DNA from: Catajapyx aquilonaris
Lineage: Eukaryota
DNA: 64,000 bases
Reading direction: 5' to 3'
NCBI GenBank assembly: GCA_000934665.2
Contig: KZ538295.1
Location: 186,001 to 250,000 of the forward strand
Below are positions 23,735 to 36,700 of this stretch, piece after piece. Position 1 is the stretch's first letter; each line of letters begins with the position of its first letter. The position numbers were made by a program, and so were the translations under genes. A model generated the notes under the pieces. That model had not been told where the DNA came from and searched no databases. It saw only the letters and a program-made list of their open reading frames with translations.

Positions 23735-24936
23735 GAGACGATATGGGACATATTTAGGGAAAATATTTTTTGACTGTTGGTGTTTATATTTATCCAGGAT
23801 TATCGTGAATGTGTCCAATCATGTTTAATGTGACAAGGCAAAGCACATGTTTTATTTTTGGAAGAGATTAAGTCAGTATAACATATCGTACGGTACCTAC
23901 CTTACACTCACACCTTTTGCCAAAAAAATATGCAAATGGACCAGAGGTCTTCCCCATAGAAAAGTGGCATATTTACATTAGATTAGATTTTTGATCAGGT
24001 TGCAGAATGTTGGGTTCAAGGACAGAGATCGGCCCTCTGAATACCACAACTACCTTCCTGTGAAAGGTTTTCACTTACATTATCTCGTATAGGCAGTAAT
24101 TGCAGGGAATGAGCCCAGATTTTGTGGGATGTATGACACATTAGGTTTTTGGGTTAGTCACAGGCTTAGGTTGTACACATTTTAGTGCAACCTTGTAACC
24201 GGCACCATTGTTTTCTCTCAGTACACCACTAATTATGGCATGCATACAAAGCTGGAAGTGTACTGTACCAGTTTTTATTTAAAAGGCCGTCACATGGCAT
24301 TCATATATGTGCAAATTTCCGATCGGGTTTGTTTGTTGTTATTTATACGGCAATACATGATCCTTATCCACCCCAATGGTATGTGTGTGCATGTGTGTGA
24401 TATCTGCTTTATGGTAGTGACAGGAGAGGGAATCTGATAGGTTAGATAGGGCGTCAGTCATGAGTTGATGAACTCATTGCAGCACACTCGAAATAAGTGT
24501 TTGACAGGTTGTGGCACCAGGGTTAAGTGCATGTGTCAAGCTGTAAGCTTTGATACTTCTTTTTTTTTTTTTGTACTGATGTGACACTGTAGATGAACCT
24601 AAGTAGCCTGACCTACTTCACAAGGGCAGATTGAAAAATGAAATTATCATGCAGCCCACCCTGGTCTCGACTATGTTGCATTATGCATGTTATTCTCACT
24701 ATTCGGCATTACTATGTTAACGTTTATTTTATGCATGGCATGCAATGTATTTGCGAAGGTTTCATGAATGTGTCATCTTCAAGGTCTCGGAGCATCAATT
24801 TTACCAAACGATCTAAGATCATGTTCCTAGAGTAGGTATTTCATGCCACCTGATATGATCGGTTTGATCGCCTAATTACTAAAAGCAGTTACATATTTAC
24901 AATTGCAGAAACGAGGCTACAGAAACATAAGCAATC

Positions 24937-27900
24937 ATGCCTGCCGTCAGAGGAGATGGAATGCGCGGGCTGGCCGTCTTCATATCCGACATTCGAAATT
25001 GTGAGTACCGGATGCTTAATGAACATCTGAATTATTTGTCTAACACTCGCTGTCTACCCAAAATGTAGGCAAAAGCAAAGAAGCGGAAATCAAGAGGATA
25101 AATAAAGAGCTGGCCAACATTAGAAGCAAGTTCAAAGGTGATAAAACTCTGGATGGGTACCAGAAGAAGAAGTACGTCTGCAAGCTCCTCTTCATCTTTC
25201 TGCTTGGTCACGACATTGACTTTGGTCACATGGAAGCTGTCAATCTCCTGTCTTCTAACAAGTACACCGAGAAACAAATAGTACGTGCAGAGTATTCGGG
25301 TTGACCTCGTTTTTGCCTGCCATTGCTGATCTCTTAACCTGGAATGTTCTTGTTTTAGGGCTACTTGTTCATATCTGTGCTTGTCAATACAAACAGTGAC
25401 CTTATCAAGCTTATTATCCAAAGCATCAAGAATGATCTGTCCTCTAGGTGAGGAATTTTGGGTTGATTTTTATTTTTTACGACAGATTTTCTGTGGAGGG
25501 CGATAATGAAATGTGTTGATTTCGTTGCAGGAACCCGATCCATGTGAACCTGTCCTTGCAGTGTATTGCGAATATTGGCAGCAAGGATATGGCCGAGTCG
25601 TTTGGCAATGACATTCCAAAGCTACTGGTTTCTGGGTAAGTTTCATTGCTATAGTCGAATCCAAGGTGATTGAAGAAGTCAAAAAGTTCTGTACTGAAAT
25701 AAGCTGCCATTTCATGACTCTTTTTACCAATTTTGAAGTTGTTTCCACTCGATTCAATGTGCGTCAATTTTTCAATCGTCATCTATTTTTCCATAGTGAC
25801 ACCATTGATGTTGTGAAGCAGTCGGCAGCTCTGTGCCTCCTCCGACTCTTCCGCACCCTTCCTGACATCATCCCATCTGGCGAGTGGACCTCCCGCATAA
25901 TTCACCTGCTGAATGACCAACACATGGGAGTTGTCACTGCCGCAACAAGCCTCATTGACGCCCTGGTGAAGAAAAGTCCGGAGGAGTATAAGGGCTGCGT
26001 TAGTCTAGCTGTCTCCAGACTCAGTCGAGTAAGTTGCTAATTTAGCTAGTTGTCCCATTAAACTTCATGCTGATGTATCTTGATGTGTCTAATCTTCATT
26101 TTGTTCCAGATTGTTACTGCCAGCTACACAGATTTGCAAGACTACACGTACTACTTCGTCCCTGCCCCGTGGCTGTCTGTCAAGTTGCTACGCCTTCTGC
26201 AAAACTACACCCCACCCGGTGAGTGCAAAATGATGTCATTGCCTGTAGGTTCGGTCGTCTCATTATTCCCCTGTTGGTCGCTGGGTGTAGAAGACCCGGG
26301 GGTGCGCGGACGGCTGAACGAGTGCCTGGAGACAATCCTCAATAAGGCACAGGAGCCGCCCAAGTCCAAGAAGGTGCAGCACTCCAACGCGAAGAACGCG
26401 GTGCTCTTCGAGGCCATCAGCCTCATAATCCACAACGACAGCGAACCCAACCTCCTGGTGAGAGCCTGCAACCAACTGGGCCAGTTCCTGTCGCATCGCG
26501 AGACCAATCTTAGGTACCTGGCTCTCGAGTCCATGTGTCTGCTCGCCACCTCAGAGTTCTCACACGAGGCCGTCAAGAAGCATCAGGAAACCGTCATAAA
26601 TGCCCTTAAGGTAGGATTTATTTTTAAAGCCTTGAAGCATTATTATAAGGGCAATAGGCTCAAGTTGTTAAATTGCGTCTGCTGAGAAAGTGTAATTCAG
26701 TGAGAAGCACTTGTTATTAAGCTTATTAAATAATCAGCATGTGGATACTCAATATTTACAAGTGCGGTGCACGTGTTGCGACCAAATTGTTTGAGTACCG
26801 AGTCACTTTCCTGTTCTTATCTGTTGCGATAACAAGGGAAGTGATGATTTCTGCGAACTGTTTCAGTTTCTAATAATGTTTTGCAATCTTTAACCTGACA
26901 GATAACTACATCGTCTTCCTTAACCTGTCCTGATTACAGCTGTTGAAAGGGGCTGAAATATATTGATGATGGCTGGTTGTTATTTTTCCTTCCCACATTT
27001 TTTGCTAATGACGATTAATCTTCTCCACAGACGGAGCGAGATGTGTCGGTTCGCCAACGAGCGGTGGATCTGTTGTATGCAATGTGCGACAAGACCAATG
27101 CCGAAGAGATTGTGCAGGAAATGCTTAACTATCTGGAGACTGCCGATTATTCCATCCGAGAGGAAATGGTGAGTAGTGAAGATCTCGTTTTTTTTGCCTT
27201 GACCAAGTGCATGAAGGTTAAGATAAGCGTTGTCTTAGCTTTGGGTTAGGGACATGGCCTATTATCACTTCCTGTGGTGTTGCCACATTGTGGTATATCA
27301 ACTTGAGTAATGTCTTTTTCTTGCTATGGTGTAAGATTATTTTTTTCTATGCTTTGATTAAAAGTAATCTTAAGCTGAGGAAAATTCCTTCATTTATTTG
27401 GAAGTCATGGTAGACATTCGTATATCATTCGTTAATTATGCAGATAAATGTTTTTGTGGTCTGCTGCTTGTCATATTGCTTAAAACGTTAGTTCGTGGTA
27501 TTTACTTGACTGTGTATCACTTGACAGGTGCTGAAGGTGGCCATTCTGGCGGAGAAGTATGCAACGGACTACACGTGGTATGTGGATGTGATCCTGAACC
27601 TGATCCGCATAGCTGGTGATTACGTGTCGGAAGAAGTGTGGTACAGAGTCATCCAGATTGTGATCAACCGGGAGGAAGTGCAGGGCTATGCGGCCAAGAC
27701 TGTGTTTGAGGCTCTGCAGGCGCCCGCTTGCCACGAAAACATGGTCAAAGTCGGCGGGTATATCCTAGGGGAGTTTGGGAATCTCATTGCCGGGGATCAG
27801 AGGTCATCTCCATCTGTGCAGTTCCAGCTGCTGCATTCCAAGGTAAAGCTGCTGTAAGATTTAAACGTGCACAGAATGAGTACTAATCGCATCTCCTATT

Positions 27901-30900
27901 CCAGTATCACCTGTGCTCTCCGATGACACGGGCTCTCCTGCTCTCTACGTACATTAAGTTTGTGAACCTGTTCCCCGAAATAAAGGGGCAGGTACAGGAC
28001 ATTTTCAAGCAGGACAACAACCTCCGAAGTGCTGACGCAGAACTGCAGCAGAGAGCCTCGGAGTACCTCCAGCTATCTATCGTCACCTCGACGGACGTGC
28101 TTGCAACCGTGCTCGAGGAGATGCCACCCTTCCCGGAGAGAGAGAGCTCCATCCTGGCCATACTCAAGAAGAAGAAACCTGGGAGGCTGCCCGAAGCTGC
28201 AGAGCCTAAGGAGAGGAAGAGTCCGGCCGCTGTAAGTACTTATGTTTACAAAAGACATGTGCTGAAACTATTCATAGTTTTTACCAGTTTATCATGGGAG
28301 TGTTGGCTGCCATTGACAGAAAATGTGTTTTAGAAGGTCGCAGAGATAACAATTTTTACAGCTTAAACGTTATTATGTTTCGCAACTGTTATGTTAATCA
28401 CCTGGACAGCATTTAATCCAGTTTTCAGGGTATGCTTTACTAAAGGTGGTCGCCACGACTGGTATCTTTATGAGGCACTTGGCAAGCCCATTAAATGCTT
28501 TCAAGTGCTCCTTACTTGGTTTCTCAATAATAAAAAATTTGATGTGCTACTAATAATGATTGCATTAGGCTACAAAATATCTGCCCCGTCTTCGCCCTCC
28601 CCAACACTTTATTTTCTTTGCTTAAGGGCCCTCTCATACTGAAGCGGCGCGGAGCCGTTCGGCGCCGCCCCAATCGGCGTGGTAAGGTAGTTATCTGTTC
28701 ATGGCACTTGCTAAATTTTGGACGTTGTTAGCACCAGGCAGAGCAGTGGAGAGGTGGAGGAGCTTTGTTGCTATTGCTGCTTCTGCGTGACCATGGGTGA
28801 AGTGATTACTTTGGGTGCATGCCCTCTGACTATGCCAATTTGCAGTTGGGGCAGTTTGATGCAGCCTAACAATGACTTGTTGCTGATTGTTACCGGACCA
28901 TTTGCTTGTGCATGTCAAGTGAGTTCATTTGATGACCTAACACATCGTTGACTAATGACTCTTGTCGGACTTGACGTGACGTGACATTCGTCTCATGTCC
29001 ATTGTCCGTTTTGGCTTTTGCCATGTGAAAGGGGATGCCAAAAAAGCTTTTTTTTATTTTTTATTTTTCTGAATGTGCAGTTGGAACTAAAATGATTCTG
29101 TGGCATCAGCCGCACCACTTCAGTGTGATTGGGCTCTAACAAGGCACTTCCCTTGCTCGTCAGAAACCATTGGGATTTGATGAACTCTGTGCCTTAAAAA
29201 ATAATGTCTTTCTTTGTTATCAATGAAAACGGGGATTTGTTGGGGACTCGTAATTATTGTTAACAATTAAGCCTGTTTTGTATTTCAGACTTTTCAAAGT
29301 TTAGCATGCGGATGTAATTCTTACGAGGATTCAGTTGCAAGCCTGTTACGATAAGCCTTCGACCAGGTATTTGACATCACTAGTAAGGGCAGACTGCAGG
29401 ATGTTAGAACTGCTTTGTTTTCCTTAGGGCTAAATTAGTTATTACACAACTGTCTTGAACTAACATTTCTTCTTGTGACATCAACATATTGTGGCGTTAG
29501 TGACTTTTGGACAATTTCGAGTGCTGCTGTTTTGAGTGCACTTACGTGGATGAAAATGTGACACTTGCCTCCAGGTGATGAACCACAATGCGGAGCACAA
29601 TGCGGCACCAAAACCAACGGCCAACAGTGTGTCGGCGGACCTTCTCGGTCTCTCCACACCGCCTGCCTCCCAGCCCAACGCGGCGTCCAACACAGGGGTG
29701 CTTGTGGACGTCCTCGGAGATCTGTACAACTCAACCCCTCACACAAACAACATCCAGCAGCAGGTCAACAACAACATGTCCGGATCCATGGAGCCAACTG
29801 ATAATGTCAAGAAGTCAGTATTTTAAAAGAAATGTTTTGGTACCATGTTTGAGTGTGAATGGTTTTGCCCTTGTCCTTAAATTGCGGATGTATGATGCAT
29901 TTGTCCGCCAATAGTGTTGATACGGCTTCTGTTTATGCCCTAGTGGTACTTGAGTGAAGCTATTCAAAGCCCATTTCCCACTTACACGATAACATTATGG
30001 TCAATTGAGAAGTGATCACTGGTCGAGCTCATAAAATATTGTGGCCATGATAAAATTTATACATTGTAATTATTTCGCTTTACATTTGCAGATTTGTGTG
30101 TAAGAACAATGGCGTCTTGTTTGAGAATGACCTCATCCAGATCGGAGTGAAATCTGAGTTCCGCCAGAACTTGGGAAGAGTAGGGCTGTTTTACGGGAAC
30201 AAGACGTCATTTCCTCTTCAGGTATGGGACTTTGTGAACTAGTTTAACTTGTTAGAATGGCCGTTTCTAATACCACCAATTTATTTTTTTTGACCACATC
30301 ATGTAGAATTTCAATCCTACAATAAGCTGTCCTGGCGAATTGGCATCGAAGGTTAATGTTCAAGTGAAGCCAGTGGAGCCTGTGATAGAAGCTGGAGCTC
30401 AGGTGCAGCAGATGGTCAATGCAGAGTGTGTTGAAGACTTCCTGGGTAAGCTAGAAGAAATCCATATACAATAATTGCAAAATTGAGAATAAAAATGCTC
30501 TTACATCTTTCAACTGATCTGCAATTCCCCTCTCTGTTATTCTAGAGATGCCAAGCCTGACTGTCACATTCCTGTACAACAATGTGCAGCAGAGACTGAA
30601 CCTCAAGCTCCCCTTAACGGTGAACAAGTTCATCGAGCCGACAGAGATGAACTCTGAGGCATTCTTTGCCAGGTGGAAGAACCTCAGCGGGTACGTCACA
30701 TGTCCGGATGCTTCCCAGGCGAGGTGCTTACGGTCTGAGAATTCCTGTTTCAGGCCTCAGCAGGAAGCCCAGAAGATATTCCGGTGCACCCACGCGATGG
30801 ACATGACTGCGACCAAGACCAAGTTGCTAGGTTTCGGGATGCAACTGATGGAAAACATCGATCCCAACCCAGAGAACTTCGTTTCTGCAGGCATAGTGCA

Positions 30901-31170
30901 CACGAGGCTGCATCAAGTTGGGTGTCTATTAAGGCTTGAACCCAACAGACAAGCACAGGTCAGTTGGAAAAACAAATTAACGCTATGTCCATGAGAAAAA
31001 ATGGTCGATCAAATTCAGACTGTCAAGGGTATGATTTTAGAACCTTACAAATTATTGTGGCAGGGAAACAATACAAGTTGTCTCTTTTCCAGATGTATCG
31101 CCTGACTATAAGAGCCAGCAAGGACTCTGTTTCAAAGCAACTCTGTGACCTCCTCTGCGAGCAGATGTAG
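24937..31170 (+). CDS. AP2A: AP-2 adaptor complex subunit alpha (alpha-adaptin), ~948 aa
   Basis: 16 exons: 24937-25000, 25069-25280, 25359-25447, 25531-25635, 25797-26028, 26110-26218, 26291-26610, 27031-27168, 27528-27842, 27905-28231, 29575-29813, 30092-30221, 30307-30445, 30546-30690, 30754-30958, 31093-31170 (phases consistent). Starts [22 protein letters not shown]; appendage [24 protein letters not shown]; ends [20 protein letters not shown]. Confidence 0.97.
28627..28686 (+). CDS. Candidate 60-nt in-frame cassette exon in the alpha-adaptin hinge ([20 protein letters not shown])
   Basis: Polypyrimidine tract plus TAAG acceptor, AAG|GTAGTT donor, phase 0-0 matching the flanking exons, no stop codon, GC-rich island in an AT-rich intron. 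Confidence 0.45.
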
Positions 31171-33738
31171 TTGAATCTGCTACGACAACAGCAAACGATG
31201 GTAAGGCAGGGCAAATCCATCGATTGATCTGGCAATCTGTTTAAGGTCAGGCAAATGTTGGTGGAAGACAGTTTTTGAGTTTGACGTTTCAATGTTGTAT
31301 GTATCGCGTAAAAAAAAAACAAATTGTTATTATAGGGGGGGAGGGCTGGAAGTTTATGTTTATATTTTGAGAAGGATTTTTTTTTTCTCCTCTATTTATC
31401 AGCATCTTTTTGCTTTTGTGTCGGATCTGAGTTTGTACTCAGTACAATTATTGTGTTAAAAATGAATTATGGATAGACTCATTATCCTCCCCTCCCCCGT
31501 ATCCCAGCTCTAATGGGATAAAATAAATTTTTGAATCTGTACATGAAGTGCCCGACACGTGAGTGAGAAACACACGAAAACCATGAACACATGTCGAGGG
31601 TTATCACATAGTAGAGTCTACCTAGCGATAAAGTATATTAGCTACCCTTGCAGAGTGATTTATCCATTGTTTTTCCCGGTTTAAAAAAAAAGCGATATCT
31701 ACGTATCACGAATTTGTTTTCTTTTTGAGCTGGAAGCAGAGGCACTAAAATTTATTTGGTGATGGATTTAAAAAATCATTCAGGAATACTCATTTTTTTG
31801 GGCAATAACAAGGCACTTGTTTACCTCCCAGCGGTGTAAAAGTTTTGCGAAAATGAGAAAAGAGAGAGAGCGAGAGAAAGAGTTTTTTTGGTGTACATAA
31901 TCGGTGCCATTGACATTCCGTATCTGCTTTCCGAGTGAAGACGAAAAAGCTATTGGGACGCTTGCTGTTGGCCGTTTCTTTCATCATCTCGACCGATTTG
32001 AAATCTTAGTGCCATTTTTGCAAAATTAAGCCCTGTGAAAACTTTAATTGTCATTGTTCAATTTTTCCTGAGACAATAATCGCTTATGCTTGCAAGAGAA
32101 AGGAACTTCAAAAGAAAAAAGTGTTGCTTCAACCGTATTGCACTTTTTAAGTTTCATGAAAGCCGTTTTTCTTGTCTCCAGTAGAACTCAGCTGTTTTTT
32201 GGGGTGAGAAGAAGCGATGTGAAATTGTGTGTATGGAAATTTAAGAAAGAAAAAAACAACCCAGTGTACACCTTGTCCCTATGTCAAAGCAACAAATATT
32301 AAAAAAAGTTACAAAAAAATAATAATGATAAGAGAGAAGTAGTGATTCCAGCTTACCTACTCTTCCTTGGAGTCACACAATATTATGTCTGTTAATTTAC
32401 TTGTAATGTTGGTGTCATAAAACATACAAACAAAAAAAAAATACCCGCATCATTTACCTACTGTATACTGTTTTCCAGCTCGATGTAGCTGTGCTACTGT
32501 GCGAAACAATGTGAATTTAATTTCCTCCAAAAAGTTAAAAAAAAAAAATGGTTGAAGAAATTGTAACATGCATTTTCAGGTGACTTTGTTGTGGGTGAAG
32601 AAACCGAACAAGTACTTATCCGCTTTCCTTGTCAAGATCGGAATTCAGTAAAATCCCCGGTGATGTTTTTGGTTCCTCAGACGAAGGGTGCATGTTATAC
32701 TGTACGTTTGAGGCATTAAAAACAGCTGCCCCTTTTACAGAAGAAATTGCGCTGGATCTGTAGAGCAAAAATACTGTAGGTGAAAATAAAGGTGTAAAGA
32801 GTTGGACACAGGATGAGCAACACCAGCGTTGTCAATAATTGTTGCGGTGAAATCATTGAATGACTTGGTGGAACGAGGGCGAATAGCGTAGAAAAGTGCA
32901 GAGAGTATTACAAGAAAATTTTCGACCAAAACTTTGTTAATGACATCCTGAAAGGGCCATACGAACATTAATTTTTTTGTATGGCAATACAATTTGTTAC
33001 CATTATCCTGTACTTTGGCCCTTGTTCCAATGAGTAATTCAATTCCTTCCATTGTATTTCAGCACATGCGTATTTCTATCGGATGCAAAGTTTATTCATC
33101 GAACTACAATCCTCGTACGCAAAGTTACCTATCTGAACAGTCATTTGCTGGATAAAGCAGTTACAAATGCATCTAATTAAAATTCTACTATAAAAATACT
33201 ATTAGTGTCATATTCGTACACAATTTTGAGATCTTTTTGACTCGAAGCCTAAAATTCCTAGATTGACTGTATCGTACTATAGACTCTGTAACCATTGTGT
33301 TTTGCAGTGAACATTATGTCTATTGTTTAACTTTGGTAGTACTGTAACTGGTGCATTGGGATTTTTTTTTTTCCCTCAAGGGCAACGGTGCTGGTTGTGA
33401 TTGCTTTGTGCAGCTATGTACATAACCTCATCATTATATATGGGGGAGAGTTTGGTGACAGCACTTGTTCTACGGAATAACAAAGGGAAGACAATGTTTG
33501 GAAAAAGACAATGGATCAGGATATGAACTACCTGCACCATACAAATTCAATGCATAAAACGTCCGGGTTATTGAAGCAGTACCATCACCATGCCAGTTGT
33601 TTTCTTCTTTTTTTTTAAATCACTTATCACTGATACGTATCACATATCTGCATGAGCTGTGCTGCTTATTACTCGCAGCCTTGTTTCACTTCTGATCAGT
33701 TTGATTGGCAGCTGCCAGTTTTCCCACTTTTTTTTTCA

Positions 33739-36700
33739 CTAAACTGTTGTCGGAAGAATGTCCACATTCTGAAACTGGATATGCAATAGTGTTAGGAATT
33801 GTTCGGACAGAAATTGCATGGGTTTCTTACCCTGGTGTATGTTACTTGGGAATGAACCCAGGCGGTCATCCGGAGGGCCAATGCCGCTAATGCAATCGCT
33901 CCCAACAAGAGCGCAATCCCCACTCCGACCATCTTCCATGACCTTGCTTCTGCTGTAAAAACACACAACATGACATTAGGCTGTCCAAAATGTTCCGACC
34001 GACTGTTTGTACCTTTATGGCTGTCATCGTCCGTGAAATTTATGGCACTTTCAGTTGTCCCCAAGTTTGATGCATTTGTACTCTGGTTAGTTAGCCAGTC
34101 TGAAACAACATGAGCCGTTTGACTTTCCTGTAACTAGATTTCTCAGCCATACTCACCATAAGCTTGGTACGCCTTGTGAGACTGGGTGGTTGGGGACATG
34201 CACTTTCTGATATAATCCTGGTTGTCCGCAGGAACCCTAAAGGTATGACACGAGTCACAGACTGTGTCAGACGTGAGGCTGCATGGATGGGCCTCAAACA
34301 GTCCTGGCCCACACCTCGAACAAGGAATGCATGGCTGCTTATACGAGTGATGTCCGGAGTAAGAATCATCCAGTACGCATGGTTTGCACACTGTCGGTTG
34401 ACCACCAGGCAAACACCGCCGCTCTGCACCATGACCAGGCGGACATCTCTCACAGGACGAGTCCTTAGCCCAAGATGGTGCATGCCGAAGCCTCCCCAGT
34501 GATGAATCCTGTAGGGTAAGTAGTTTATTCAGAATCTGTTTTACATGCGGTACTAGCACATTGATTTATAATTTTAAAAATCTGTGCCGCAGATGAGACA
34601 CCAAACATATAAATTTTGGGTAGTAAGCTGGGAAAGCAGTATAGCGCCGTGGTGGACTTTGTCCGCGTAGTGACTCATCACCAACGTGCATGTACTGTAG
34701 TATCACTTTCTCCCTGAGAGTGGCAGGTGTGTAGAAGGACAGCCTATGCGCCAACTGGCAGTGGCCTATTGTACTACGTCCAAGTTAATGGGAGGTGGGC
34801 CAAGCAGTGTTGCTAAAAATTTGGCAACCGCTACTTAGTATGTAAGATTACAAAAATGGCAGGTTGCTCTGAACAATTAGGCCCAATTTGACCATTATTG
34901 CTGCTTCAATGAGCTGATGACATTCCAGTCACCATCAGGGTCAAATGTGTCCTGTGGGCTTCCTCTCACATTTGTCTCTGTACAGGATCAACCGAGCCGA
35001 TCCAACATTGATAGATCCGGACACAGTCCTTTGAGGGTAAGTCCGAAACACATGATTTACCGGCCTGTAATTGCTCTGTGTCGGAGACAGAATCGTGACG
35101 CCTTAGGAGTAATCACAGGTCTCTCCGAAGCTCCAAGGGGAAATGAGCCTGGTATAATCACAGTGTTGCTTTCGTAGGCGGATCACCATCATTTAAACCC
35201 ATGGGATAGAAACCTGATTAAGGGTCGAGGGACTATAGACTATGAAGTGTTTTTAACCACACGGTCGCAACCTGTCACTTTTTCTGGAGGCGACCATCTG
35301 CTCACCTTTCAATCAAAATCACGAGATGTAACGGTGAGTTTTTTTTGGGGTGTGGGTAGGGGTGTTTGGAGATCGTGCCAGGATGGCGTGTCTATATAGG
35401 ATAGTTTGTCATTTTGGTATGCTGGTGAGAAAGTCGTGTGAATATGCAAATTTGGCAGCATCATCTTTGTGGAAGAAATTTTTCATTGAATGGAACCGCG
35501 GTTGCATTTTATTATGCTAATAGTTGGGAATTGTTATCACTTTTGTTGTATGGGCATGTTTCCTGTAGGGGGGTCAATTCCTATAGGGTAATTAATCAAT
35601 TTTCCCCTCCGTTAGGTGTAATGCACTGGGAAAGAAATTGGAAGGCTGTTGTTTACACCGGTGGCCTTCCAAATACAGTTAAGGGAAAACGTCCATTAGA
35701 AGCAATTACAGTCTAATTTGCCTTGCGAGAGACATTTTGGTCGAAAAGCGGAAAAAGAATCGCGGAAAAAAAACAACAACGTGGCAACGACCCCCACCCA
35801 CATATGGAGAGGATTCTCGGCGAATTTTAATGACACTAATTTTTATTTTTATTTTTTTAAAAGTGGGCGTTCATACACACACGTACAGCCTACTAATTTG
35901 GTCAATCCATCAGCCCTTGATGGAAAAACCACACCTTCATCAGACTCTGGACCTGTTCTTTCTCTCCGCCAAACATCCTCAGGCCATTGGCATCATCAGG
36001 GTGTGTGGGTATATAAGACTTTTTCTTATTACCATATATGCACGTTGCTTGTATCTCATCATTTCGGGGCACGTACCTTTTGTCTCATGCGCATGAAAAA
36101 TACGTTTCAATTTGCACGCCGAAGGCATGAACAGTTAACTCGTTTCGCGCGCAAAGGGTGGTCCTTATGTAATGAAAAAAAAAAAGAAGAGGCGAATGCA
36201 AATTGGTTCACTAAGCAAAGCGAATGTAAAATGTAGTGTTGTTGTAATAACTACCGTACAGTAAGAAATATTTTGAAATATATATACCTATCTAACTCAT
36301 AATATTATTATTATTATACCCTTGATAACACCTAACTAACAATACTCCGGTAAATAACTAATAGTAGGCCTACGTAACTTATACTGGTAACAGCACCTAA
36401 CGTCTAACTAATAATTTGCTAGTAATATCTTGCTAATGATTAGGTAGTAATCTCTGACTAATTTTAATAATTAACAGCTAGTAATAGCTAACTAACAACC
36501 TAATAATTAACAGCTAGTAATAGCTAACTAACAACCTAATAATTAACAGCTAATGGTATTGAACTAATAATAATTAAAAGCTAACAATAACTAATAATAA
36601 TTAAAAGCTAGTTATAATATATAGTTTAATACCTAACTCATAATTAATAATGTATTAATGATTAGCTGATAATATCCTAATTTTAATAATAAATAGCCAA

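Noticed and set aside
34566..34754. ORF just upstream of the TNFR CRD exon as the first coding exon
   Set aside because: No signal peptide or compatible donor; exon 41580-41518 fits phase and function better
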